Shown: piece after piece, positions 35,925 to 47,764 of the stretch
How positions within the stretch are numbered: position 1 is the first letter of the stretch
How the letters are laid out: the number at the start of each line of letters is the position of its first letter
NCBI RefSeq assembly: GCF_004010195.1
Contig: NW_025215381.1
Coordinates: 776,184-840,183 of the forward strand
Direction of reading: 5' to 3'
DNA: 64,000 bases
Source of the DNA: Chiloscyllium plagiosum
Taxonomy: Eukaryota
Translations under genes and position numbers: made by a program
The notes under the pieces: generated by a model
The model's database searches: none
What the model was told of the DNA's origin: nothing
What the model saw: the letters and a program-made list of their open reading frames with translations, nothing else

Positions 35925-36120
35925 TAGAAAGTGAAGAAGATCATTGGCCTTCTTCCTGCACTTTTGGGCATCCAACGTCAGTTGGGTCGCAGCATTGACT
36001 TAGTCTGCAATCTGTCTTCAGACCGGCTGGGTCTGGCTACACAGCTTTCTGCGATGGTTCAAGGGAAAAGGGCTGTCGGACAACTCCAGGTTCTTGTCAA
36101 CAAAGCTGGGAGCAGTTTCT
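35925..36120 (-). pseudogene. Myb/SANT-like DNA-binding domain remnant, Harbinger/PIF transposon type
   Basis: Manual translation ETAPSFVDKNLEL...PV*RQIAD*VNAATQLTLDAQKCRKKANDL fits the W..IA..VNA...QCRKK.NDL pattern, with two stops. Confidence 0.7.
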
Positions 36121-36842
36121 CCTGGGGTTTAAACATGGCGTACATCAGACAGTCCCACTCCCGTCTCTCTGGACACTCGACTCCCCCAGAAACATTCCTG
36201 ACGGCCTGGTTGCCTAATTAATGATGGTTGGAAGATTGCAAGAGGATAGTCGTGCTGAGCATGGGTGCTATGAAACTCATTCGACAAAATTCTTTCACCA
36301 AAGGGGAGAAAATCAGCCTAATTCAAGGTCCAAGTCCTATGTTACAAATCCCACAAGAATGATGTAAAGGTGGACAGGATGTTCTGTGCTGTGACCATTG
36401 CACAGTCTACGTACACTCACTGAAGTGTTTCACGTCATGACAGACCAATTTGGGAAAAGACATTGTGCCAATCTTGAGGTAACATTGTATACTTTGACTG
36501 CTTTTCCAATGTATAAACACTCTCAAAAACACTCCAAGTTGTATATTCTAAAGCCTCTTTCTCCAATCTTTGCCTGTGAATTTCCTGAGCATATTTTACC
36601 GTGCCAAGGACACTTTATAAAAGCACGTTGTTGATAACTCATTCATCCATGTTGTGGACAAAAACATGACTTTAAGCCCTCGGTCGTTTCTCGTATCTCA
36701 CTGAATGGTACAGAAGGCTTATGGGATTGAATAACCTATACCTGTTCCTATTTCTTACAATCTTATTTTGTCACTAACCATTGAGGCGTCAGCAAGTGAA
36801 ATGTGGGAAAAAACATCACAGATTGCTGAAGATTTCCACCTA

Positions 36843-37630
36843 GATTGATAGAGCTGTTAAGAAAGCGTACGGTGTGTTAGCTTTTATTGGTAGAGGGATC
36901 GAGTTCCGGAACCATGAGGTCATGCTGCAGCTGTACAAAACTCTGGTGTGGCCGCACTTGGAGTATTGCGTATAGTCCTGGTCACCGCATTATAGAAAGG
37001 ATGTGCAAGTTTAGGAAAGGGTTCAGAGGAGATTTACTCGGATGTTGCCTGGTATGGAGGGAAGGTCTTACGAAGAAAGGCTGAGGGATTTCAGGCTGTT
37101 TTCGTTAGAGTAAAGAAGGTTGAGAGGTGACTTAATTGAGACATATAAGATAATCAGAGGGTTAGATAGGGTGGACAGTGAGGGCCTTTTTCGGGTTCAG
37201 AGGAAATTTACTCGGATGTTGCCTGGTATGGAGGGAAGGTCTTACAAAGAAAGGATGAGGGATTTCAGGCTGTTTTCGTTAGAGTAAAGAAGGTTGAGAG
37301 GTGACTTAATTGAGACATATAAGATAATCAGAGGGTTAGATAGGGTGGACAGTGAGGGCCTTTTTCCTCTGATGGTGAAGGCTAGCACGAGGGGGCATAG
37401 CTTTAAATTGAGGGGAATAGATGTAGGATAGATGTCAGAGGTAGTTTCTTTACACAGAGAGTGGTAGGGGTGTGGAACGCACTGCCTGCAACAGTAATGG
37501 ACTTGCCACGTTTAGGGCATTTAAGTGGTCATTGGATAGGCATATGGAGGAGAATGAAATAGTGTAGGTTAGATGGGCTCCAGATTGGTTCCACAGGTTG
37601 GCGCACCATCGAGGGTGCTGTAATGTGCTA
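36843..37630 (+). mobile_element. CR1 LINE 3' portion with an internal 174-bp tandem duplication
   Basis: MLQLYKTLV.PHLEYC motif; duplication 37019-37192 / 37193-37366. Confidence 0.9.
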
Positions 37631-37837
37631 AGTTCTAAGAAAAGCAGGGGAATATTAGTTAAATAATCGTTTGGCAATGCAGAACCTAGGTATTGCTGAA
37701 AAACAGGTATATTTGAGCAAAGTTTTTTTTTATCTTGCACTCATCAGGACAATTTGTAAGAATACCAATACAAAGGGAAAAATAAAATATTTTTAACATA
37801 CATCGTATCTGCAACATGAGGAAATCAGATTCTAAGT

Positions 37838-38158
37838 TTAGATTAGATTAGATTACTTACAGTGTGGAAACAGGTCCTTCGGCCCAACAAGTCCACACCA
37901 ACCCGCCGAAGCGCAACCCACCCATACCCCTACATTTACCCCTTATTACCTAACACTAAGGGCAATTTAGCATGGCCAATTCACCTAACCTGCACATCTT
38001 TGGACTGTGGGAGGAAACCGGAGCACCCGGAGGAAACCCACGCAGACACGGGGAGAACGTGCAAACTCCACACAGTCAGTCGCCTGAGTCGGGAATTGAA
38101 CCCGGGTCTCTGGCGCTGTGAGGCAGCAGTGCTAACCACTGTGCCACCGTGCCGCCCA
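37838..38158 (-). mobile_element. HE1-like SINE
   Basis: Family match within the window. Confidence 0.92.
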
Positions 38159-38529
38159 CAAGTTGAGGAGCTAAAGTCTGTGCACTGCATACTGTGATAC
38201 ACCAGGAACAAGGTAGAATGGCTGGACACCTTGTTGAAAGAAGCAATTATACCTCTTGGGCTAGCTACTCCAGGTCTGGTCTGTGGTCAAGGCTAGAAGA
38301 GTGTGACTCTCAATGACACAAGTATGAGGATCTAGAAGGTCGCAACTGGAGGAACCTTGGCCCTGGCAATTGCTCAACATGCCCAGGGCTTTTGCAACTC
38401 ATATGGACCAGAGCCAGGACGTAAGGGTGGATCGGCAAACTGACTACCACATTAATGGGCAAACAAGATGCAGATGTATGGTTAGGGAGGATAGATCCTG
38501 TTCTCTGTAGCTAAGGGCCTGAATCCTAA

Positions 38530-40205
38530 ACACTGTGCTGTCTATCTGGTGCCAGGTTTCCAATCCAAACCAATTACTGCCCCATCAGTTTACTCTCGAT
38601 CATCAGTAAAGCGATGGAAGGTATCATCAGCAGTACCTGCTCAGCAATAACTTGTTCAGTTACCCCACTTTGGATTCTGCCAGGGCCACTCAGCTCCTGA
38701 CTTCATTACAGTCTTCATTCATACATGGAAAAATAAGAGCTGAGTTCCAGAGGTGAGGTGAGAGTGACTGCCATACGACCATAATGCACAGGAGGAGAAA
38801 TTAGGCCATTCAGCCCATTGAGTCTGCTCCACCATTCAATCATGGCTGATAATTTTCTCAACCCCATTCTCCCGCTTTCCCCCCATAACCCTTGATCCCC
38901 TTGATACTCAAGAACCTATCTATCTCAGTTTTAAATATACTCAATGACCTGGCCTCCACAGCCTTCTGTGGCAATGAATTCCATGGATTCTTCACTCTCT
39001 GGCTGAAGAGGTTCCTCCTCATCTTTGTTCTAAAAGATCTTCCCTCTACTCTAAGGCTATACCCTCAGGTCCTAGTCTCTCCTACCAAGAGAAGTATCCC
39101 ATTCAGTATTCTGTACGTTTCAATTAGATACCCCCTCATCCTTCTAAACTCCATCAAGTCCTCAAACATTCTCCATATATTAAGCTTTTCATTCCTGTCA
39201 ATCATTCTCATGAACCCCCTCTGAACATGCTCCAGGGCCAGCATATCCTTCCTCAGATATGGGGACAAAAACTGCATACAATACTCCAAATATGGTCTGA
39301 CCTTGACATCAAAGCCCCATTTGACTAAATGTGGCATCACAGAGCCCTAACAAAACTGGAATCATGGGTATCGGGGGAAAGCTCTTCATTGATTGGAGCC
39401 ATACCTGGCACAAAGGAAGATCATTGTGGTTGTTATAGGTCACTTATCTCAGCTTCATGACGCTTTGGCAGGAGTTGCTCAGGATAACAGCCTAGAGCCA
39501 ACCATCTTCAGCTACTACATCAATGCCTTTCCCTCCAACATAAGGTCAGAAAAGGGGATGTTCGCTGATGTTTGTACAATATTCAGCACCATTTGTGACT
39601 CCTCAGTGATTGAAGCAGTCCATCTTGAAATGGAACAAGATCTAGACAATATTCAGGCATGGGCTGACAAGTGACAGGTAACATTCATGTGTAAGGCAAT
39701 GCCCATCAACAATCACAGTCAGACAATCTAACCATACCTCTTGAAATTCAATGTGTTACCATCACAGAATACCCCACGATCAACATCCTTGGTGTTACCA
39801 TTGACCAGAAACGCACCGGGAGTCTCCACAATGGCTACAACAGCAAGTCAGAGGCGAAGAATACTGCAGCAAGGAATTCACCTGACTCCCTCAAGCCTGT
39901 CCATCATCTACAAGGCACAAGTCATGAGTGTGATAGAATGCTCCCACTTGTCTGAATGGGTGCAGCTCCCACAACACTCAAAAAGCTCGATAGCGTTCAG
40001 GACAAAGCAGACCATTTGATTGGCACCACATCTACAACACTCACTTCCTCTACCACTGACAATGAACAGCAACCATATGTACCACCTACAAGACGCAATG
40101 CAGAAATTCACCACAGGCCTTCGACAGCACCGACCAAAATACACAACCACATCCATGGAAACATCTACTGAACATAGAATATAGAATGTGACAGCACAGT
40201 ACAGG
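38530..40205 (+). mobile_element. Old CR1/L2-group LINE RT remnant, interrupted by a minus-strand CR1 fragment (~38776-39300)
   Basis: AGVAQDNSLEPTIFS.YINAFP...MFADVCT...QDLDNIQAWADK in ORF 39393..39674; RPYLEYCMQF on the minus strand. Confidence 0.8.
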
Positions 40206-40312
40206 CCCATTCCTGCCTTTGAACAATATTTTAAAATTCCTTTTGTTTAACAAAAAATAATTATCTCAGATTTAAAATTAACAATTGATCAAGTATCAAC
40301 TGAGAGCAGGAC

Positions 40313-41581
40313 AAACAGCAGGTAGTGAGGAAGGCTAACAGCATGGAGGTACAGCACGTAGTGAGGAAGGCTAACAGCATGCAGGTACAGCAGGTAGTGA
40401 AGAAGGCTAACAGCATGCAGGTACAGTAGGTAGTGAAGGAGGCGAACAGCATGTACAGCAGGTAGAGAAGAGGTCTAACAGCAGGTAGAGTAGGTAGTGA
40501 AGGAGGCTAACAGCATGCTGGTACAGCAGGTAGTGAAGGAGGCTAACAGATGTACAGCAGGTAGTGAAGAAAGCGAACAGCTGGCTGGTACAGTAGGTAG
40601 TGAAGAAGGCTCACAGATGTATAGCAGGTAGTGAAGAAAGCTAACAGCTGGCTGGCACAGTAGGTAGTGAAGGAGGCTAACAGCATGCAGGTACAGCAGG
40701 TAGAGAAGAATGCTAACAGCATGCAGGAACAGCAGGTAGTGAAGGAGTCTAACAGAATACAGGTACAGAAGGTAGTGAAGAAGGCTAACAGCATGCAGGT
40801 ACAGTAGGTAGTGAAGGAGGCGAACAGCATGTACAGCAGGTAGAGAAGAGGTCTAACAGCAGGTAGAGTAGGTAGTGAAGGAGGCTAACAGCATGCAGGT
40901 ACAGCAGGTAGAGAAGAATGCTAACAGCATGCAGGAACAGCAGGTAGTGAAGAAGGCTAACAGCATGTAGGTACAGCAGGAAGTGAAGAAGGCTAACAGC
41001 ATGCACGTACAGCAGGTTATGAAGCAGGCTAACAGCATGTAGGTACAGCAGGAAGTGAAGAAGGCGAACAGCATGGTGGTACAGCAGGTGGTGAAGGAGT
41101 CTAACAGAATACAGGTACAGAAGGTAGTGAAGAAGGCTAACAGCATGTAGGTACAGCAGGAAGTGAAGAAGGCTAACAGCATGCTGGTACAGCAGGTAGT
41201 GAAGAAGGCTAACAGCATGTAGGTACAGCAGGAAGTGAAGAAGGCGAACAGCATGCTGGTACAGCAGGTGGTGAAGGAGTCTAACAGAATACAGGTACAG
41301 AAGGTAGTGAAGAGTCTAACAGAATACAGGTACAGAAGGTAGTGAAGAAGGCTAACAGCATGCAGGTACAGCAGGTTATGAAGCAGGCTAACAGCATGTA
41401 GGTACAGCAGGAAGTGAAGAAGGCGAACAGCATGATGGTACAGCAGGTTATGAAGCAGGCTAACAGCATGTAGGTACAGCAGGAAGTGAAGGAAGCTAAC
41501 AGCATGCTGGTACAGCAGGTAGTGAAGAAGGCTAACAGCATGCTGGTACAGCAGGTAGTGAAGAAGACTAACACCATGCTG
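40313..41581. repeat. 36-bp minisatellite (AACAGCATGCAGGTACAGCAGGTAGTGAAGAAGGCT)n running into an N gap
   Basis: Tandem array with variant units visible directly. Confidence 0.95.
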
Positions 41582-42081
41582 NNNNNNNNNNNNNNNNNNN
41601 NNNNNNNNNNNNNNNNNNNNNNNNNNNNNNNNNNNNNNNNNNNNNNNNNNNNNNNNNNNNNNNNNNNNNNNNNNNNNNNNNNNNNNNNNNNNNNNNNNNN
41701 NNNNNNNNNNNNNNNNNNNNNNNNNNNNNNNNNNNNNNNNNNNNNNNNNNNNNNNNNNNNNNNNNNNNNNNNNNNNNNNNNNNNNNNNNNNNNNNNNNNN
41801 NNNNNNNNNNNNNNNNNNNNNNNNNNNNNNNNNNNNNNNNNNNNNNNNNNNNNNNNNNNNNNNNNNNNNNNNNNNNNNNNNNNNNNNNNNNNNNNNNNNN
41901 NNNNNNNNNNNNNNNNNNNNNNNNNNNNNNNNNNNNNNNNNNNNNNNNNNNNNNNNNNNNNNNNNNNNNNNNNNNNNNNNNNNNNNNNNNNNNNNNNNNN
42001 NNNNNNNNNNNNNNNNNNNNNNNNNNNNNNNNNNNNNNNNNNNNNNNNNNNNNNNNNNNNNNNNNNNNNNNNNNNNNNNNN
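41582..42081. other. Assembly gap (N run)
   Basis: Run of n characters. Confidence 1.
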
Positions 42082-42674
42082 TGACAAGAATCTGATGCTT
42101 AAGGATTGAGCTGCAACTCTTGCTGCCCTTGTCATTCTGATCATGGTGATGGGTTCTTTTCCGTTGACCCAAGATGACTACGAGGTCTTCGGTTTCAATG
42201 TTTCATTTGAAGGCTGGTACTTCCAACAATACCATGCTGAAGAGTCAGCCACAATTATGTGCTCCAGTGATCACAGTGGAGCTTCCAAACACGGTGAACT
42301 ACTGCTAACAAGTCTCTACAGCAATTCCATTGTGTCAGAATGTACACTGAAGGACAGAAGAGGACATATATTTATTATTTAAGTGCCACTTACCTGAGTA
42401 AAGACTAAATGTGGCTTTCAAGTGGTTAGACTGCAAACTAATCGTATTCTCACATTGAAGTTTTATTCCTTTTTTTATTCACGTTATATTACTGCAAGGA
42501 ATGCACATACAGATAGGATTGTAGATAAAGCTTTGAACTAATTAGTCTAGGGTAGATGTGGCAGCATCTGTGAAGAGAAGGTAGAATTAACATTTTCAGT
42601 ACAGTAACGCTTCTTCAGAAGTAACCCTTGTTTTTCAGTTCTGAAAAAGGGCACTGGACTCAAAACGGTAAGAC

Positions 42675-44115
42675 TCTTCGGTCCAACCTATCTATGCCGA
42701 CCAGATGTTCTAAATTTATCTCGCCTCATTTGCCAGCAGTTAGGGCCCATTTGCACCCAAACCTTTCCTATTCATGTACCCATCCAGTTGCTTTATAAAT
42801 GTTGTAATTGCATCAGCCCTATCCTGTCACTATCCTGTCTACCTGTGACTCCTCTTTCAAGGAACTATGTACCTGCACCTCAATGACTCTCTTTCAGCAA
42901 CCGTCCTCAGGTCCTTACTATTAAGTCCTGCCCCGATTTGCCTTTCCAAAATGCAGCACCACACATTTATCTAAATTATATTCCATCCGCCACTCCTCAG
43001 CCCACTGGCCCATCTGATCATGACACTGCCAATATTGGTGTCAACTACAAACCTACTAACCATTCCTCCTATATTCAGATGCAAATTATTTAGATAAATG
43101 ACTGCATTAATCCTTGCAAGCACATGGCTGGTCAAAGTTCTCTGTCCAAAAAGCAACCCTCCACCACTTTCTCTCTTACCTTCAAGCCAATTTTGTATCC
43201 AAATAGCTAACTCTCAGTATTCATGTAATCTGACCTTGTGAACCAGTCTACCATGTTGAATGTCTTTCTGAAGTCCCTACAATGTCAACCTTTCTGCCTT
43301 CATCAATGTTCTTTGTCGCTTCTTCAAAAAAAAACTCCAGTTAGTGAGACATGATTCCCTGTGCACAAAAGCCATGTTGATGATGCCTAATCAGTCCATG
43401 CCTTTCAAAATACATGTAAATCCTGTCTGTCACAATCCCCTCCAACCACTTACTGACATTAACCTCACCAGTCTGTAGTTCCCTGGCGTTTCCTTAACAC
43501 CCTTCTTAAATAGTGGTACCAACGTTCCATCTTCTGGCACCTCACTCATGGCTATCGATGATACAAGTATCTCAGCAGGGGGCCCTGCAATTACTGATCT
43601 AGCTTCCCCAAAGTTCTGGGGGACAGCTGATCAGGTCCTGGGGATCCCCTCTGAACATCCTCATTTATCCACATTTATCTGTCTTAAGATGTCCAGCACC
43701 ACCTCCTCTGTAATATGGACATTTTTCACGATATCACCATGTATTTCACTAAGTCCTGTCGCTTCCATATCCTGATTAAAAAGTAAAACCTGATTCGAAA
43801 TACTCATTTCGTATCTCACCCACCTCCAGCAGTTCCATACATTGACAGTCTTGTGAATATTAAGGGGTTGTCTTCACTACCTTGTTACTCTCTGTCCTTA
43901 GTCGTAGAAACGATTTTGGATTCTTCTTAACCGTTTTTGCCAAAGCTTTTCTCATGCCACCTTTTATCCCTTCTGATTTCCCTCTTACCTTTCTCCCCCT
44001 CTAGGGATTCACTCAAACCCAGCTATTTTAGACATTGCATATGCCTTCTCCTTTTTCTCATCATCCAGCATTGCCTACATATACCAGCCTTGCCCTTCAC
44101 ACTAACAGGAACATA
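42675..44115 (-). mobile_element. Degraded CR1/HER1 LINE
   Basis: Reverse complement resembles the CR1 sequence at 17000-18800. Confidence 0.8.
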
Positions 44116-46630
44116 CTAATTAAGCCAAAAGGAATTCTGGCATTGGCTAGGAGTTTGGAGATTGAAAATAGGGATCCCTTGTTACACTGGTTGGTGTTGG
44201 TGACCACACCAAGAGTACTTTGAACAGTTTTGGTCTCTGTATTTAAGTACGTACAGAGAAGGCTTTGGAAGCTTTTCAAAAGGGATTCACTACGCTGAAT
44301 CTTGGGATGAACGGAATGATTTATTGGGAAAATCTAAGCCTGGATTAATTTGTGTTTAGAAGAGAGGTGATCTAATTAAAACGTACAAAATTCTTAGGGG
44401 GCATGACAGGGTAAATTTTAAGAAGATTGTTTCCACTAGTGGGGGGAAATCTCAAACTGGGGAACATAGTTACTTCCTTATTTGGCACGGGATGTGCATA
44501 TCGCAACCGAGACCAGCATTTATCACCCACCCTCACTAAGATGCAACCACTTTACTCTGGGTCTGAAATCAAGAGTAGGCCAGACCAATCACAGATGACA
44601 GATTTCCTTCATGAATCAAACAGATTTTTACAATTAGTGGTTGCTTAGGGAAATACCATTACTGTAGAACAAGCAGAGGATGGACCCAGCAAACCTGACC
44701 AATTATTGGTCCCCCAATATGCGCTGAAATCATCAAACTGACAGAAGTGTTCATTGGCAGTGTTATCAAATAGCACCAACTCATCAACAAATTGTGGATC
44801 AGTGCTGATTTTGGGCTCAGGGTCACTAACCTCCAAATCTCATTACAGCTTTGGTGCAAATGTGAACAAAAAGAGCTGAACTTGATCTGGGCAGCATTTA
44901 ACACATTATGAACTTGGGGTCCATATCAACACTAAAGGTCAATGACAATAGGGAAACTCTGCACTGGTGCAGCTCCCACTGAACAGTAATAAAATTGGTT
45001 TGGTATCTCAGAGTGGTGTCCTCATGAGGTGCCCCTATAAGGGGCATGGACAGGGTGTCTAGAAAATAGCTTGATTGAAGGATCATTAACAAGGGAACAT
45101 AATTTTAAAAGTCAGGAGGGTTAGAGGGGGATTTGAGGAAAAACCATTTCATCCAGAGTGTGAGAGGTCTGGGATTAACTGCCTTGGAGGGTAGTTGAGG
45201 CAGGAATCTCACCCTTAAATATTTGGATGAGCACTTGAAGCATCATAGCATTCAAGGCTATAGCCTAGTGTGGGGAAAGTAGGACCAGTGTACATAATAT
45301 ATTTTTGACAGCACAGACTACATGGGCCAAAGGGCCTCATCTGTACTTTATCATTCAACTATCAATGCATCATAATGGCCAGAGATGGGGATGTTCTCTA
45401 ACAAATCCAAGTGATCCATATCCTTCGCACCATCTTAGATAATGAACTAGTCAAGACCTGTAAAGATTCTTTCTACAGGAATTTGGACTTTGAGGCAATA
45501 CTATGTACATTTGGCTGAATACAAACTCAGGTGAGGTTTTACTTTAACATACTTGGTTAAAAGGAAATCTGTTCATCAGACAGAACTTTAAGTCATTTCC
45601 TGAGACCTCAAATATTTATTTCCGCAATAGACTTCCATTACTGTCTGGTCACTTGGACACCTTTAAGGATTTAGGAAGAGCACCTCAAAAAGATGTGTGG
45701 GGGTTTAAATAGCTGCACATTTTTGGACATGGGTGGGGTAGAGATCATGAGTTGGCTTGGAAGGTCTTTTCAAAATGTCCCCAAATCCTGACTATGTGTC
45801 ACAACTGCTAAAAGGTGGCCTGATTGTGCAGACTCACTGCATGCCACTGAAACCAAAGCAGACATCATGGAAGCAGATTACACTGCTGAATTTGAATGGT
45901 TTATACAGAAGTCCTATCTAAGCAAATATCTGGCCCACTACAAACAGTTGCAAAGTGTACTTGAAGAGAGGCATAAGTGAATCATGATAATTGGGAAAAC
46001 AGCTCCAGTGTTGCAAAGGTTTCAATATATGACCTCTTCGAACACAAAGTCCTGCTTTTTACAAAATGGCATGTGAATTTGGAACAAAAGCTTTTTAAGG
46101 GATATGTAATACTTAATGACCTATAATTGGTAAACAGATTCAGATGACTGGAACTGAAGGTTACTTAGCCTCTGGAATTTTGATTTCTGTTCAGTTAGCC
46201 AGTTGTGGAGAAGCAATGCCATTTGTCCCAGTCAATGCTAACCCTTAAGAAAATTAGTGAGATCTGTGAAATCCTTCAATGAGGGGCAAACAGGTATACC
46301 ACATAACACCTAAAGGCATACCCATCCATGTGGAGATTAGTGAAAACAAGCCTTACCAAAACAGAGTTTGGATGGATGAAGGGAATCCGAACAAACCAGC
46401 TGCAGTAATGTTATTTTCCCTGGCTGCACAGTCTGGAAACATGGAATAAGACCATTTAGGTCAGATAACAGGAAGGTTCTTCACTCAAATGGGTATTGAA
46501 CCTGTGGAATTCTCTACCACAGAATGCTGTGGAAGTCACTGAATTTATTCAAGTGGGATAACTTGTTAAAGGCGTCAAGAATATGGGGAAAACGTGGGGA
46601 TATTGCAGATCAAGGACCAGTCATTATCAT

Positions 46631-46818
46631 GCTGGAACAGCGCAGCAGGTCAGGCAGCATCCAGGGAACAGGAGAATCGACGTTTCGGGCATAAGCCCTT
46701 CTTCAGGAATTCCGAAACGTCGATTCTCCTGTTCCCTGGATGCTGCCTGACCTGCTGCGCTGTTCCAGCAACACATTTTCAGCTCGGATCTCCAGCATCT
46801 GCAGACCTCACTTTCTCC
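46631..46818. mobile_element. Palindromic PLE-terminus insertion with an intact minus-strand hammerhead core
   Basis: Perfect 14-bp direct repeat CCAGTCATTATCAT at 46617-46630 and 46819-46832; near-perfect inverted arms. Confidence 0.9.
46676..46709 (-). ncRNA. Minimal type I hammerhead ribozyme motif
   Basis: ttc-CTGAAGA-a-gggc-ttat-gccc-GAAAC-GTC-gat. Confidence 0.72.
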
Positions 46819-47118
46819 CCAGTCATTATCATACCGAATATAGGAGCAGGCTCAAAGGGCCAACTGGTCTACTTCCATATAACAGTTTCTGTGCTAGTTA
46901 ATTCTATTCTAGAGCCTGCTGACAAAATTCATTTCTGTTGTGGATGCCATCCTAGTTGCCCTTGAAGAGATTATGTAGTGATTGGTATAACTGAATGGCT
47001 TGCTAAGCCATTTACGAGGGCAATGGAGAGTCAACCACCTTGTGCACACAAGTTGGCCATACGAGGTGTGGATAACAGATTTCCTTCCCTGAAGGTCATG
47101 AGTAAATCCGGGTCATTA

Positions 47119-47415
47119 GTGGGCGGCACGGTGGCCTCTCAGCACCTGAGACCCGGGTTCAATTCCTGCCTCAGGCGACTGACTGTGTAGAGTTTGCACA
47201 TTCTCCCCGTGTCTGCATGGGTTTCCTCCGGGTGCTCCGGTTTCCTCCCACAATCCAAAGATGTGCAGGTCAGGTGAATTGGCCATGCTAAATTGCCCGT
47301 AGCGTTAGGTAATGGGTAAATGTAGGGGTATGGGTGGGTTGCGCTTCGGCGGGTCAGTGTGGACTTGTTGGGCCGAAGGGCCTGTTTCCACACTAATGTA
47401 ATATAATCTAATCTA
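47119..47415 (+). mobile_element. HE1-like SINE
   Basis: Family match within the window; small deletion in the head. Confidence 0.9.
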
Positions 47416-47764
47416 AACCCAATGGGACTTTCAGACAATGATGATTTCAGGGTAATCAGATTTTTAATTCCACTTAAAAATTCAAATTCCACCATCTGCC
47501 ATGGCAGGATTCAAACCTGTCTCCAGAACACTCCAGAAACTTCTGGATTAATAGTCTAGCAATAATACCATCAGGCCACCACCTCTTCAGGTGACCCACA
47601 TCACAGAAGGCCAATTGCGGGGCCAAAGACTTTGCAGAGCTAGTCCATGCCAAAAAGGAAACTACAAATAGGAGACAGCATCTCTTCTTCCCTGCCTCCA
47701 CAGACGAAAATGAAGTGCTTGTGTGCAGAAATGAAGGACCGCCGATGGTAACTTTAATGTTAAC

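Noticed and set aside
40313..41581. CRISPR-like array (36-bp periodicity)
   Set aside because: Units are contiguous with no unique spacers, there are no cas genes, and the context is eukaryotic.
40853..42172. Long ORFs (439, 287 and 207 aa) with Cys/His/Leu-rich repeats
   Set aside because: Products of the 36-bp minisatellite (unit length divisible by 3) plus an N gap; no gene evidence.
1..47000. Exons of EIF5A's mammalian neighbours (e.g. GPS2)
   Set aside because: No matching peptide segments recognised in the ORF track or in my manual reading; short exons could have been missed.
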